A DNA stretch of 64,000 nt from an uncultured Acidobacteriota bacterium (lineage in GTDB: Bacteria; Acidobacteriota; UBA6911). The DNA lies in the NCBI GenBank assembly GCA_963843575.1, contig CAWJKZ010000017.1:32001-96000 (forward strand). The letters run 5' to 3'. This document shows positions 48,945-60,308 of this stretch, piece after piece (within the stretch, counting starts at the first letter, position 1; every line of letters begins with the position of its first letter). A program made the position numbers and the translations under genes. The notes beneath the pieces are model-generated. The model saw nothing but the letters and a program-made list of their open reading frames with translations, had not been told where the DNA came from and ran no database searches.

Positions 48945-51900
48945 TCACCTGCTGGTTCTATCTGGAATCCTGCCGTCGAACGGCGGCGGGGCGGGGCCGG
49001 CCCCGTCCGACCCCGTCCGCACCGGACGGCAGTCCAGGAGCCGGTCGAGCACGGGACGCTCGCTGTCCTCGACGCTCGCCAGGATGCGGGTGCCGCCGGC
49101 CTCGATGGCGGCCACGGGCACCCCGTCGCGATAGATCACGCGGTTGCCCAAGACAGCAGGCACGCGTGCGCCGGGAGTGAGGATCCCGGCCAGGTTGAGC
49201 GGGTCGCACGCGGACACGCGCGTGAACTGCCCGGACGGTTCTCTTCGGCGGACCAGGCGCAGCGCATCGACCGCTTCCGGCAGCGCGAACTGCTCGCCGG
49301 TGAATCCGGCCACGAACCGCCCCCCGCGGATCTCGCCGCGCGCCTCGCAGCGGCGCAGCGCCGGGGCCAGGTCGCGCCAGGGGGGTGCGCCCGGCTCGCG
49401 TACCAGCAGTTCCCGGCAGAGCACTCCGTAGCGCCGCAGGAGCTGGCGCGCCTTGATCTCCACGGCGTTGTCGGGAAACGGTCCGCCGAGGTCCAGCAAC
49501 GACCAGCGCCCCTCGCGCACGCGCCGAGGCTGCCGCCGCCGCCGGGGCGAGCGTTCGGACCGGCGGGACTCCCCGGAGACGAGCGCGCGCAACGCCGCGA
49601 AGGCGTCGGCCGTCACAAACCCTGCGGCCACGAGCTGCCACAGCGCTTCCTCCACCTCCGCCGGCAGATGGCGTGTCCCGGAGACAATTTCGGGGAAAAA
49701 GAGGGCGCCCCTGCGGCGTAGCAAGCTCCAGGGTGGCGCGGGCCGGCACCGACAGCGCGGCTTCGTCCGGCGGCTCCTGGTCGAGCAAACCGCGGACGTC
49801 CTCCCTCACGGCCAGTCCCAAAGGCGCCGTGCGGGTCAAGCCCGGACGGCGCGCCGGCACCTCCGCCTGCGTGGCCCGGTGCGTCCACCGGCCCCACAGC
49901 ACCTCGCCGGCGAGGCAGAGCGCATCGAGGAACGCGGGCTCGTAGTCGGCGATTCGGGGGGGCAGGATTTCGGCCTCCCACGCCCCCGCGGCCGCCTCGA
50001 AGCCCTGCAGCTGCTCCACGACCTCGAGCACCCCGGCATCCCCGTCCAGCCTCGATTCGGGGGCGACGTGCTGCCACTCGAACAGGAAGCGCAGAAACGT
50101 CGCCGCGCTGACCGGTTCGATCTCGCGGCGCAGGTGGGCGATAGTGGCGCGGTGGATGCGCGCGAGGATGCGGCGGTCGCAGAACTCCTCCGCGCCGGCG
50201 CACCCGGTGAAGGAACCCCGCAGCACCAGCCCCTCGCCCTCGAGCTGCGCCAGCGCGGCCTCGATGTCGGCTCCCGCCGATCCGAGGATGCCGGCATACT
50301 CGGCCGCCGTGCGTGGTCCGCTCACCTCCACCCAGCCCCGCACGACCCGTACGACCGCTTCGGGGCCCGCGGCCGCGAGAAACTCGCAGGCGGTGTCACG
50401 CTCTTCTGCGGGGCACCAGTAGGTTCGCCCGCCGTTCCCGGCGCGGAAGGCCCGCCCCTCCTGCTCGAGCGATTGGAACCAGGCGGGCGCGTCTTCGGGG
50501 AGGCGCGCGATCAAGCTTTCGGGGAAGACGACCAGGCCAAGCAGCATGTCGTGCAGCTCCTCGCGGTCGCGCACCTCCGGCCAGGCGTCCTCGGCGGCGC
50601 TGCGGATCGCCTCCGGGTCGAGGCGCCCAAGCTCGTCCGCCTGCTCCGGGAGGGCGCGCCTGAGGATCACGGCGCGGGCGCGGCGCTCCTCGAGCGGGGC
50701 GTTGTCGAGGAACCCATAGGGCATGACGTTCAGGATCTGGTGCGAGAAAGCCGAGGGCATCGGGGTGTCCCTGGCGCGGAACTCGATGAGCCCGCGCTCG
50801 AGCCCCTCGAGCACCGCCCTGAGGCCGTCGACGTCGAGCGCCTCCCTGAGGCAGTCGCGGAGCGCCTCGAAGACGAGCGGGTGGTCCGGGACCTCGATGT
50901 CTTCCGCAGCCCTGTTGTCCTGGCACTGGGTCTGGGCGGGAAAAACGGCGGCCAGGAGGTCGTCGGCACGCATCCGCTGCAGCGGCGCCGGGACACGCTT
51001 CCCCCCGGTGAACCGAAGCAGGGCGAGAGAGCGCGTCAGGGTCCAGCGCCAGCGCGTCGTAAAGAGCGGCGAGGCGAGCACGGCCTGGACAAGCGCCTCC
51101 TCGACCTTGTGAGACTTGAGGGAGCCGAAGAGGTCCTCCATGGGGAACGAGTGCTGCGGGCCGAGCGAGAGGTTGAGGCCGTCGTCGTTGGCCGAGGCCT
51201 GCAGTTCGAAATCGAAACTGCGGCAGAAGCGCTTGCGCAACGCGAGCCCCCATGCACGCGTGATGCGCGACCCGAACGGGGCGTGCAGGACCAGCTGCAT
51301 CCCGCCGCTCTCGTCGAAGAAGCGTTCGGCAACGACCCGTTCGGCCAGCGGCACGGAACCGAGGACCCGTTTCCCTTCGGCGATGTAGGCCGCCGCCTGC
51401 TCCGCGGCCGCAGCCGACAACCCAACGGTGCCGGTCAGCCACTCCCGGAGGGCCTCCGGGCTGCCGAGCCGCTCGTCGATGCCGGCCCGGACCTCCGAAA
51501 CGGCTGCCGAAAGCTCGCGGGTGCGCGACGGCGCCTCGCCCAACCAGAACGGAATGGAGGGAGCCTGGCCGCGCGCGTCCTCGACCCGCACCCTTCCCTT
51601 TTCGATCCGCCGGATGCGCCACGACGTGTTCCCGAGCAGGAAGACGTCGCCGGCCATGCTCTCGGTGGCGAAGTCCTCGTTCACGCTGCCGACGCGGATG
51701 CCGTCGGGATCCGACACGACTTCGAAGTCCGCGTTGTCCGGTATGGCGCCGCCGCTGGTCAGCGCCGCCAGCCGCGCGGAGCGCCTCGCGCGCAGGACCC
51801 CGTTGATGCGGTCGTGGTGCAGGAAGGCCGAACGATGGCCGAGACGGGGTGCAACGCCCTCCGACAGCATGTCGACCACGGCGTCGAAGCGGCTGCGCGG

Positions 51901-53235
51901 CAGCTCGCGGTACGGGTAGGCCTGCCGGACCAGGTTGAAGAGCTCGTCGGTCCTCCACTCCCCGACGCTGCACGCCGCGACGATCTGCTGCGAAAGTACG
52001 TCGAGGGGCCACGGCGGGATGCTCAGGCGGTCGAGTTCGCCGCGGCGAACGGCCCACAGGAGGGCGGCGCATTCTATCAGCTCGTCGCGTGTGAGGGGAA
52101 ACAGGCGTCCTTTCGGCGTGCCGCCGAGCCAGTGCCCGGACCGTCCCACCCGCTGCAGCAGCACCCCGATCGAGCGTGGCGAGCCGATCTGGCAAACCAG
52201 TTCCACTGCACCCACGTCGATGCCAAGCTCGAGCGAGGCGGTCGCGACGCACACCTTCACCTCGGCGCGCTTGAGTCGCTCTTCCGCCTGGAGCCGCGTC
52301 TGTCGCGCGAGACTGCCGTGGTGGGCGACCACCGCATCCTCGCCGAGCTTCTCCGAGAGGATGTGCGAGACCCGCTCCACCAGACGCCGAGTGTTGACAA
52401 AAACGAGCGTGGTTCTGTGCCGGTCGGCCAGCCGGGCGAGTTGCTCCACCGTTTCGTCCCAGAGATCCAGGGTGACGACAGGGCCGAGCTCGTTTCCCGG
52501 GATCTCGACTTGCAGGTCGAGCTCGCGCCGGCTTCCGGTGTCAACCACGGAGCAGCGGGGCGAGCCGTCGGCATCGAGGTGGGCGCCGCCGACCAGGAAA
52601 CGGGCCACCTCGTCGATAGGCCGTTGCGTCGCGCTCAGTCCAATGCGCGTGACCGCGCGCCCGGAGAGGGCGCACAGGCGCTCGACCGAAAGCGCCAGGT
52701 GCGACCCGCGCTTGTTGCCGGCCACGGCGTGGATTTCGTCCAGGATGACGGTGTGGACGCCCGCCAGCCCGCGCCGGCCCGCGGCCGACGTCAGGAGGAT
52801 GTACAGCGACTCCGGGGTAGTGATCCAGATGTGCGGCGGCCGCTTCGCCATCGCCTGCCGCTCGTAGGCCGGGGTGTCGCCCGTGCGCACCGCAATCCGG
52901 ATTTCCGGAGGGATGAAGCCCTTTTCCGACGCGAGCTGCGAGATCTCCCGCAGCGGGACCGAGAGGTTGCGGTGCACGTCGTTCGACAGCGCCTTGAGCG
53001 GCGAGACGTACACGACCTGTGCCCCCTCGGCGAGCTCGCCGCGGAAACCCGCGCGCAGCAACCGATCGAGGCAGATCAGGAAGGCGGCGAGCGTTTTCCC
53101 CGAACCGGTCGGGGCACAGATCAGGGTGTGGCGACCTGCAGCGATTGCGGGCCACCCTTCGGACTGGGCCGCCGTCGGCCCGGCAAACCTCCGCTCGAAC
53201 CACTCCTGCACGAGGGGATGAAACAACGGCCGCAT
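48945..53235 (-). CDS. lhr: Lhr-like long DEAH helicase (apparent frameshift near 49722)
   Basis: APTGSGKT, YVSPLKAL, TTPESL, DEIH, GLSATQ, HHGSL, QRVGRSGH; C-terminal GEIRGGRFVAGFTGEQFA, SACDPLNL. Confidence 0.92.
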
Positions 53236-53287
53236 CCGTTAACTATACCCGCCGGCCCCCGGGAACCCAATCGCGTGTTTTCTTGTT

Positions 53288-53490
53288 AAGTGGGTCCGGG
53301 CTGAAGAGGCTATCCAATGGTTTGATCTGCCCGAGGGCTTTCAGCCCGGACGCAGTTTGCGGGCGCTAATGTGCGCCCGTCCCCACATAGATCAGATCAA
53401 AAGACGTCCGGGCTGAAGCCCGGACCCACTTGTTTTACGGGCAGGGCGGGTGGTTCAACCGTTGGACAGCCTCTTCAGCCCGGACTCACT
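53288..53490. repeat. Composite family B element with GAGGCT...AGCCTC inner TIRs
   Basis: GAAGAGGCTATCCAATGGTTTGA ... TCAACCGTTGGACAGCCTCTTC enclosing a family B core close to 12670-12800. Confidence 0.75.
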
Positions 53491-53560
53491 TGGAATCTTG
53501 AATCCCGCAGCACGAATCCGCTACCTTCTGTCGCAGGGTAAGCAGAACAGGAGGTTGAAA

Positions 53561-54139
53561 ATGGTGGCGACACCGTCCGTGATGCTTAAGCTGGGCACAC
53601 CGGCGCCGGATTTCCGTCTGCCGGACGTTGTCTCCGGCGCGCTGGTCTCGCTCGACACATTTGCCGGAACACCGGGGTTGCTCGTGGTGTTCATCTCGCG
53701 TCACTGCCCATACGTGCAGCACATCAAGAGCGAATTGGCCCGCGTCGGCAGGGAGTACGTGGCGCGCGTGGGGATTGTGGCCATCTCGTCCAACGACGCC
53801 GAAAGCTACCCTGACGACACGCCTGCGAACATGAAGGCGATGGCGGACGAAGCCGGTTTCCTTTTCCCGGTGTGCTACGACGAGAGCCAGGCGGTCGCGC
53901 AATCGTACTCTGCGGCGTGCACGCCCGATTTCTTCCTGTTCGACAAAGACAGGAAGCTGGTCTACCGCGGGCAGCTCGACGACAGCCGGCCGGGCAACGG
54001 CAAGCCCGTCACAGGCGCGGACCTGCGTGCGGCGCTGGACGCGGTCGTCGCCGGCCGCGAGGTCAAGGGCGGCCAGAAGGCGTCGATCGGATGCAATATC
54101 AAGTGGAAGTCCGGGAACGAACCCCCCTATTTCCGGTAG
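53561..54139 (+). CDS. Thioredoxin-fold AhpC/TSA family protein
   Basis: APDFRLPD, ISRHCPYV, AACTPDFFLFD, YRGQLDDSRP, SIGCNIKW; GGAGG RBS. Confidence 0.9.
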   Translation: MVATPSVMLKLGTPAPDFRLPDVVSGALVSLDTFAGTPGLLVVFISRHCPYVQHIKSELARVGREYVARVGIVAISSNDAESYPDDTPANMKAMADEAGFLFPVCYDESQAVAQSYSAACTPDFFLFDKDRKLVYRGQLDDSRPGNGKPVTGADLRAALDAVVAGREVKGGQKASIGCNIKWKSGNEPPYFR

Positions 54140-54142
54140 GAT

Positions 54143-55255
54143 CTACCGCTGCGCCGCCAGGGTCTTGGGGCCTGGGGCGGGGACCGAGACGCTCCCCTTG
54201 GGCTTTCGGGGTGGCACCCCTTTGTGGCAGTCGGCGCAGCCGACCGTGTGGATGTTGTGGCGGCTGGAAACCGACTTGAAGCTCGTGTCCATCTTCTCCA
54301 CATCGAGACCGCAGTTGGAGAGGCGCGGGTGACACGACGAGCACGAGCGCCTGGCGTCGAGCGAGTGAGTCGCGTGGCAGGCGAAGCAGCCCAGCCCCTC
54401 GTGCACGCCCAGGGGCGTGCGATCGTCGCTGGTCGCGGCCTGGCGCGTGGCGTCGGGTGCGTGGCACTGGTAGCAGAGGCGCTGGCGCACGTCGGGCGAC
54501 ACTTCCACGGTCCGTGCGCCATCGACGATCCGGGGATGCGGGAGGAAGGTCGTTTCCCTGTGCGCCTTCTCGTGCCGCACGAAAAGGCTGACAAACGGCA
54601 GCCGTTGCGGCCGGGACGAGGAGATCGCCTTCGGGTCCGAATATTCGGGCCGCACCGACGGCGCCCCCTTGAAGTGGATTTCGTGACACGCCAGGCACGG
54701 GATCGCGTGCCGCTTCGACCGTTCCGGCTTAACCAGACGCCACGGTCCTTTCGTGCTGATCGGCGCGACGACGTCCTGGATATTCCCCTCGAAAAACATG
54801 GCGTGGCAGCGGAGGCAGTCCTCGTTCAGCTGCTCCGTGCGGTTGTGCTTGTCGTTCAGGAAGACGTCCGCATAGGTGAGCGAGTGGCCGCTGGCCAGCC
54901 AGGCGGCGTGTTCCCGCTCGTGGCACTCCTTGCAGCGGCCGGTCATCTCCACGGCCTGTTCCTCGCTGAGCCGGATCGACTCCGGCCGATCGGCGGTGAA
55001 GTGCGAGCTGACCCTGCGGCCGTTTTCCCAGAGGCTGTGCAGGCCGTTGCTGACGGCCGATCCGTGGCAGCCGGCGCACGGCACTTCTCTGTGGGCCGAC
55101 TGCGCCCACAGTTCCTGGGCGGGCTGGATTTCGTGGCACGAGGCGCACGTCCGCTCGGGCGAAGAGTAATGCCAGGCCGAGGCGAAACCGAGCACGGCCA
55201 CGATCCCCACCGCGGAGAGGATGATCACGAGTCTCTTTGCGGGCATCCATCGCAT
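54143..55255 (-). CDS. Membrane-anchored nonaheme c-type cytochrome (NapC/NirT-like N-terminus)
   Basis: N-terminal TM helix; 9 CXXCH: CASCH, CAGCH, CKECH, CLRCH, CLACH, CYQCH, CFACH, CSSCH, CADCH. Confidence 0.9.
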   Translation of the reverse strand: MRWMPAKRLVIILSAVGIVAVLGFASAWHYSSPERTCASCHEIQPAQELWAQSAHREVPCAGCHGSAVSNGLHSLWENGRRVSSHFTADRPESIRLSEEQAVEMTGRCKECHEREHAAWLASGHSLTYADVFLNDKHNRTEQLNEDCLRCHAMFFEGNIQDVVAPISTKGPWRLVKPERSKRHAIPCLACHEIHFKGAPSVRPEYSDPKAISSSRPQRLPFVSLFVRHEKAHRETTFLPHPRIVDGARTVEVSPDVRQRLCYQCHAPDATRQAATSDDRTPLGVHEGLGCFACHATHSLDARRSCSSCHPRLSNCGLDVEKMDTSFKSVSSRHNIHTVGCADCHKGVPPRKPKGSVSVPAPGPKTLAAQR

Positions 55256-55263
55256 AGGGTGTT

Positions 55264-56919
55264 TCAGGAGCGGAAGCGCGTCCCGGCCCATTGTTTCTTG
55301 ATGTAATCCGAAACCCAGTAGCCCAGCGCCATGATGGTCAGGACGGGGTTGAAGCCGCCATTGGTCACGTGAAGGCTGCCGTCGGCCACGAACAGGTTGT
55401 CTATGTCGTGCAGCTGCCCATGGGGGTTGGTGACGGAAGTCCTGGAGTCGTTGCCCATGCGGCAGGTCCCTGCCTGGTGCTGGCCGCCGCTCAACGACAG
55501 CCCCGGGACCAGGGTCCACGTGCGCGTCGCCCCGGCTTCCCTGACCCAGAGTTCCGCTTTGGAGGCGAGGAACCGGCAGATTTCGAGGTCGTGCTCGTGC
55601 CGCCTCCCGGAGAGCCGCGCGACCGGGATCCCCCAGTGATCTCGGGTGCCCGGATCGACCTGGACGCGGGCGTCGAACACCGGCATCTCCTGCACGGGCC
55701 CCTGCACCCCCAGGGAAAACCTGTAATAGCGCCGCTGGAATTCCTTGTGCTCCCGGCCCCACGTCGGTGCGCCGGGCGGGTGCTTCTTGGTGAAAAGGTA
55801 CGGCAGCCGGATGAACTCGTTGGCGAGCATCCCGCCGCCCCTCAGCCCGGGATTTCCGTGGCTGAAATCGCACGCCGCGATGCAGGCTCCCGGCCCTACG
55901 TCGTCGTACACCTCCTGCTCGAAGGTGCCCCAGGCGCCGCAGTAGGCGTGCCCCTGAAGGTTGCGCCCGACCCAGTCATGGCGGTTGCCCGCCCCGGTCG
56001 GGAACAGGCGCGAACGCGAGTTCAGCAGCAGGCGGGCGCTTTCGGTCGCGGACCCGGCGACGACCACCAGGTCGGCGCCCTGAAACCGTTCCCGGTCTTC
56101 GGGGGAGAAGTACCGGACGCCTGCGGCCCGGCCGCGGTCGTCGACCATGATTTCGGCGGCGACGCTGCCGGTGCGCACTTCGCAGTTGCCCGTAGCGATC
56201 GCCCGAGGGATGACCGTGTTCTGGGTGCCGTTCTTGGCGTTGACCTCGCAGGCGAACCCGACGCAGGAACGGCAGCGGATGCAGGCAGGGCGTCCGTCTC
56301 GGGGGACGGTGTTCCGGAGCATCGGGATGGGGAACGGGTGCAATCCGATGCGGCGTGCCGCCGCGTCCAGCAGTCGCCCTTCGGTCGTGTACCCGTGCGG
56401 CGGCATCGGGTAGGGCTTGCGGCGCGGCGCTTCGAACGGGTTTGAGCCGTGCGACCCGGCAACCCCGATCTCCCATTCCGCCTTCTCGTAGAAAGGCTCG
56501 AGGTCCGCATAGGAGATCGGCCAGTCGTCGAGGGTGGAGCCCTCCGGGGTTCCGTAAACGGACTTCATCCGGAAGTCCCGTTCCATGAACCGCCAGGCCA
56601 TGGCGCCATAGCTGACGGTGCCCGAGCCAACACACGCGGCGTTGTTGTTGTAGGCGCCTTCGCTCGGAAGCACTACGCGCTCCGCGCCATCGCTTCCCAC
56701 CACCACCCTCTTGTACCTGTCGTCGTCGGGTCCGAAAGCGTTGCCGAGAACGGTGGTGCGCTGGCTGATCAGTTCGTCGTGGTCGTGGTCCTCGAAACGG
56801 GGCCAGCCGCCCCGCTCGAGGAGGACGACGCTGAGCCCGGCTTCGCTGAGTTCCTTGGCGACGACGCCCCCGCCGGCTCCCGCGCCGACGACGACCGCAT
56901 TCACGTGTTTCAAGGCCAT
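55264..56919 (-). CDS. GMC family FAD oxidoreductase (dehydrogenase large subunit)
   Basis: VVGAGAGGG, DDWPISY, CIRCRSCVGFAC (Fe-S-type Cys cluster), VGRNLQGH, HQAGTCRMG, NPVLTIMAL; no signal peptide. Confidence 0.93.
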   Translation of the reverse strand: MALKHVNAVVVGAGAGGGVVAKELSEAGLSVVLLERGGWPRFEDHDHDELISQRTTVLGNAFGPDDDRYKRVVVGSDGAERVVLPSEGAYNNNAACVGSGTVSYGAMAWRFMERDFRMKSVYGTPEGSTLDDWPISYADLEPFYEKAEWEIGVAGSHGSNPFEAPRRKPYPMPPHGYTTEGRLLDAAARRIGLHPFPIPMLRNTVPRDGRPACIRCRSCVGFACEVNAKNGTQNTVIPRAIATGNCEVRTGSVAAEIMVDDRGRAAGVRYFSPEDRERFQGADLVVVAGSATESARLLLNSRSRLFPTGAGNRHDWVGRNLQGHAYCGAWGTFEQEVYDDVGPGACIAACDFSHGNPGLRGGGMLANEFIRLPYLFTKKHPPGAPTWGREHKEFQRRYYRFSLGVQGPVQEMPVFDARVQVDPGTRDHWGIPVARLSGRRHEHDLEICRFLASKAELWVREAGATRTWTLVPGLSLSGGQHQAGTCRMGNDSRTSVTNPHGQLHDIDNLFVADGSLHVTNGGFNPVLTIMALGYWVSDYIKKQWAGTRFRS

Positions 56920-57000
56920 GGTGTCTTACAAATACGCTGACGTATTTTTCAGGACGCGGATTGGCGCGGATCCACACGGATCGACCCAGGCCATTGTGGA

Positions 57001-57558
57001 CTAAGTCTTGGCGCGATACCGGTTCTGACCAATGATCTGGGGGAAGTCGAGGCCGATCATCCGGTAGCTGACGTAGTCCCGGTTCCCCCCGTGCCGCGGG
57101 CTGCCGTAATAACCCTGCATCACGTGGTCGCGCACCATCTCGAAAAACGCGTCCGCGGCATGCTTCCGCCAGGTGGCGCCGGGCGCCTTCCCCGCCTCGA
57201 GCCTCTGGAGGACCGCCGTCTGCCGGTCCCAGGACAGCGACTCGAAGGGGGCGCCGAAAAGGGCGGCGCTGCTTTCCTGAACGCCCGCGATTCCCGTCCG
57301 GTACGCGCCCTGGAACCGACGGTACGGGCCGACCAGCTGTTTGTCGATGAAGTTGGTGCAACCCGCGTATGTCGCACCCGGATCCTGGTCCGCCGGAATG
57401 ATCTGCTCGCCAATTGCCACAACGACCCTGGCCTCCTCGTCGGTGAGGAAGCGCCAGGCGAGCGGAGTCCGGCGGCACCCCGACAACACGGACGCGCCGC
57501 CCGCAACCACACCGACTGTCTTGAGAAAACGTCGTCGAGGATAACGCCTGCCGGGCAA
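57001..57558 (-). CDS. Gluconate 2-dehydrogenase subunit 3 family (Tat-lipoprotein small subunit)
   Basis: PRRRFLK Tat motif plus LSGC lipobox; QIIPADQDPGA, FIDKQL, GYYGSPRHGGNRD. Confidence 0.9.
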   Translation of the reverse strand: MPGRRYPRRRFLKTVGVVAGGASVLSGCRRTPLAWRFLTDEEARVVVAIGEQIIPADQDPGATYAGCTNFIDKQLVGPYRRFQGAYRTGIAGVQESSAALFGAPFESLSWDRQTAVLQRLEAGKAPGATWRKHAADAFFEMVRDHVMQGYYGSPRHGGNRDYVSYRMIGLDFPQIIGQNRYRAKT

Positions 57559-57777
57559 GTGGGTACCTCCGCGGGTGAGGATGCGGCCCTCAATGTAAGC
57601 GGAGCCGCCCGAGATTGCAACGGCCTTATGGAGTGCGGCGCCGGGCGGCAGAATGCTTTATTGCCCACCAGCCACGCAATTGTCGACCTGCGCCAGACCT
57701 GAATTGCGGGGAAGTGATAAGATGGATCACCTCGAGGGCCGCAGGGCCTGTGCCATATTTCCCACAAGGAGATCGAG

Positions 57778-58728
57778 ATGCGACTGAATCGTCGGGAGTT
57801 CATCGGCGCCGCGGTGGCGGCGGCCTGCGCCGGAACCGCCGGCGCCGCCGCACCGGCGCGCGAGCGGAAGATGAAATTTCAGCTGTCCTGGGGATCGATC
57901 GGGGTCCGCGCCACCCAGATCGAAGCCATCGCGCTCGCGCATCGCTTCGGCTTCGAGGCGGTCGAAGTCAACCAGGAGTTTCTGGCCGGCCTGCCCGAAG
58001 ACGAACTCAAGAGACTTCTCGCAGACTTGGCGCAGAAGAACCTCGTCTGGGGAACTGCGGGCCTGCCCGTCGATTTCCGCGGAGATGAGGCGAAGTTCGC
58101 CAACGGGATGAAGGGGCTGCCACGCAGCGCGGCCGGGCTGCAACGCGCCGGGGTCAAGCGGGTCGGCACATGGATCATGCCCTGCGACGACAAGACCACC
58201 TACCTGCAGAATTTCAAAAACCACGCGACGAGGCTGCGCGAGATCTCCAGGGTGCTCGGAGACCACGGGCTGCGCCTCGGGCTCGAGTACGTCGGAACCC
58301 AGTCGCTGCGGGACAGCAAACGCTTCCCCTTCCTGCACACCATGGCCGAAGGCAAAGAGTTGATCGCCGAGGTCGGCACCGGGAACGTCGGTTTCGTGCT
58401 CGACACCTGGCACTGGTGGACGGCAGGGGAGACCGTCGAAGACCTCCTCTCCCTCACCAACGACCAGATCGTGTCGGTGGACCTGAACGACGCGCCCGCC
58501 GGCATCGCCAGGGAACAGCAGGTCGACACGAAGCGCGAGCTGCCGGCATCCACGGCGGTGATCGACGTGGCCGCGTTCCTCAACGCCCTGCTGCAACTGG
58601 GCTACGACGGGCCGGTCCGTGCCGAGCCGTTCAACAAGCCGTTGAACGACCTGGAAAACGACGCGGCATGCGCCGCGGTCATCGATTCCCTGAAAAAAGC
58701 CTTCGCGCTCGCCGAGGCGAGGGCATAA
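57778..58728 (+). CDS. Tat-exported sugar-phosphate isomerase/epimerase (AP_endonuc_2 TIM barrel)
   Basis: NRREFI; GFEAVE, LGLEYVG, LDTWHW, DLND, GYDGPVRAEPF. Confidence 0.88.
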   Translation: MRLNRREFIGAAVAAACAGTAGAAAPARERKMKFQLSWGSIGVRATQIEAIALAHRFGFEAVEVNQEFLAGLPEDELKRLLADLAQKNLVWGTAGLPVDFRGDEAKFANGMKGLPRSAAGLQRAGVKRVGTWIMPCDDKTTYLQNFKNHATRLREISRVLGDHGLRLGLEYVGTQSLRDSKRFPFLHTMAEGKELIAEVGTGNVGFVLDTWHWWTAGETVEDLLSLTNDQIVSVDLNDAPAGIAREQQVDTKRELPASTAVIDVAAFLNALLQLGYDGPVRAEPFNKPLNDLENDAACAAVIDSLKKAFALAEARA

Positions 58729-58742
58729 CGGGAGAAACGTCC

Positions 58743-60308
58743 ATGGCTCACGCCCGGAACGGTCTTGTGCTCTTTGTGCTCCTCTCCGCCGTGCTTTCCC
58801 TGTCCGCCGGGGCCCAGGACCAGCGGCGCATCAGCCTTGCGTCGCTGGAGGACAAGATCCGCGGCGGCTGGGCCGGACAGATGATCGGCGTCGCCTATGG
58901 CGCACCCACGGAGTTCCGGTCCAACGGTCGCATTAACGAGGCTGAACTCAAGTGGTCGCCCGCGATGGTGTCCAACGCGATCCAGCAGGACGACCTATAC
59001 GTCGAGATGACCTTCGCCGAGGTGATGGACAAGGTGGGCCTGGAAGCGACCTCGGAGCAGTACGGCGAGATGTTCAGAAACTCCAGGTACTCGCTCTGGC
59101 ATGCCAACGCGGCCGCCCGCAGGCTCCTGAACAACGGCATCAAGGCGCCGCTCTCCGGAGATCCCAGGTACAATTCCCACGCGAACGACATCGATTTCCA
59201 GATCGAGTCCGATTTCATCGGGCTGATGACGCCGGGGCTGCCGCAGGAGGCCAACAAGTACTGCGACCGCGTCGGCAGGGTCATGAACTACGGCGACGGC
59301 CTGTACGGCGGGATGTTCTTCGGCGGCATGTACTCGGCCGCCTTTTTCGAAAGGGACCCGCGCCGCGTCGTCGAGGCCGGCCTGGCGTGCATCCCGGCAA
59401 AGAGCGGTTACGGACGCGTGATCCGCGACGTGCTGGACTGGTCGGCGAAATCCCCGGGGGACTGGCGCAGGACCTGGCAGCTGCTCCAGGAGAAATGGGA
59501 CCGAGACGATCCCTGCCCGGACGGGGCGCTGCTCCCCTTCAACATCGACGCCCGGCTCAACGGCGCCTACGTAGCACTGGGCGTGTTGTACGGGCAGAAG
59601 GACTTCGCCAGGACCCTAGAGGTTTCCACCCGCAGCGGGCAGGACTCCGACTGCAACCCGTCGAGCGCCGCAGGCATTCTCGGCGTAATGCTCGGGTACC
59701 AGGGGATACCGGAGATCTACAAGTCCGGGATCCCGGCCCTCGCGGACACCCGGTTTCAGTACACCAACTACTCGTTCAACGAAATCTGCAAGTCCACGCT
59801 CGACCGAGCGCTGAAGGTGATCCGCGCGGCCGGCGGCAAGGTCGGGCCGCAGGAAGTCACGATCCCGCTGCAGCCGGCGAAGGCGGCGAAGCTTGAGCAG
59901 TGGGATCCCGGGATACCCGACAGGCGGCTCGGCACGAACGACCCGGCCTGGAAGTGGAGCGGCCCCTGGAAGGAAGCGAAAGGGGAGGGAGACCGCGATA
60001 GGTTCGTCTCCCGCGCCGTCGCAGGAGCCGGAGCCGAGGCGACCCTGGAGTTCACAGGGTGCGCCGTCCAGATCGTCGGCCCGTGCTCGCAATCCGGCGG
60101 CCGCGCCGACGTATACCTCGACGGCAGAAAGGCCGGGGAGATCAACGCCTACATCGTGGAGAGGACCAACGACGACGACCTCTGGCACACCTACGGGCTG
60201 AGACAGGGGCAGCACATCGTCCGCATCGTTACGCGCGACGACGCCGATCCACGCTCGAAGGGAAAGAGCCTGGCGCTCCATTGGGCCGTCACATACCGCG
60301 CCAGATAA
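58743..60308 (+). CDS. Secreted ADP-ribosylglycohydrolase family protein with C-terminal beta-sandwich
   Basis: Signal peptide; GGWAGQMIG, QDDLY, DIDFQIE, GQDSDCNP; C-terminal GGRADVYLDG...GQHIVRI. Confidence 0.85.
   Translation: MAHARNGLVLFVLLSAVLSLSAGAQDQRRISLASLEDKIRGGWAGQMIGVAYGAPTEFRSNGRINEAELKWSPAMVSNAIQQDDLYVEMTFAEVMDKVGLEATSEQYGEMFRNSRYSLWHANAAARRLLNNGIKAPLSGDPRYNSHANDIDFQIESDFIGLMTPGLPQEANKYCDRVGRVMNYGDGLYGGMFFGGMYSAAFFERDPRRVVEAGLACIPAKSGYGRVIRDVLDWSAKSPGDWRRTWQLLQEKWDRDDPCPDGALLPFNIDARLNGAYVALGVLYGQKDFARTLEVSTRSGQDSDCNPSSAAGILGVMLGYQGIPEIYKSGIPALADTRFQYTNYSFNEICKSTLDRALKVIRAAGGKVGPQEVTIPLQPAKAAKLEQWDPGIPDRRLGTNDPAWKWSGPWKEAKGEGDRDRFVSRAVAGAGAEATLEFTGCAVQIVGPCSQSGGRADVYLDGRKAGEINAYIVERTNDDDLWHTYGLRQGQHIVRIVTRDDADPRSKGKSLALHWAVTYRAR

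Noticed and set aside
48945-53235. Lhr helicase as an anti-phage system
   Set aside because: It is a standalone long-form Lhr among housekeeping genes with no partner nuclease or methylase, consistent with DNA repair.
49453-53289. Long antisense or alternate-frame ORFs (e.g. 1278 aa here, 39176-41899, 3527-5524, 35063-37099, 15270-17459)
   Set aside because: Shadow ORFs of real genes caused by high GC3; they are Arg/Pro/Ala-rich with no recognisable motifs.
54143-55873. 576-aa version of the cytochrome overlapping the GMC gene
   Set aside because: The first ~205 aa are off-frame GMC sequence; the plausible start is 55255 or 55246, just before the TM helix.
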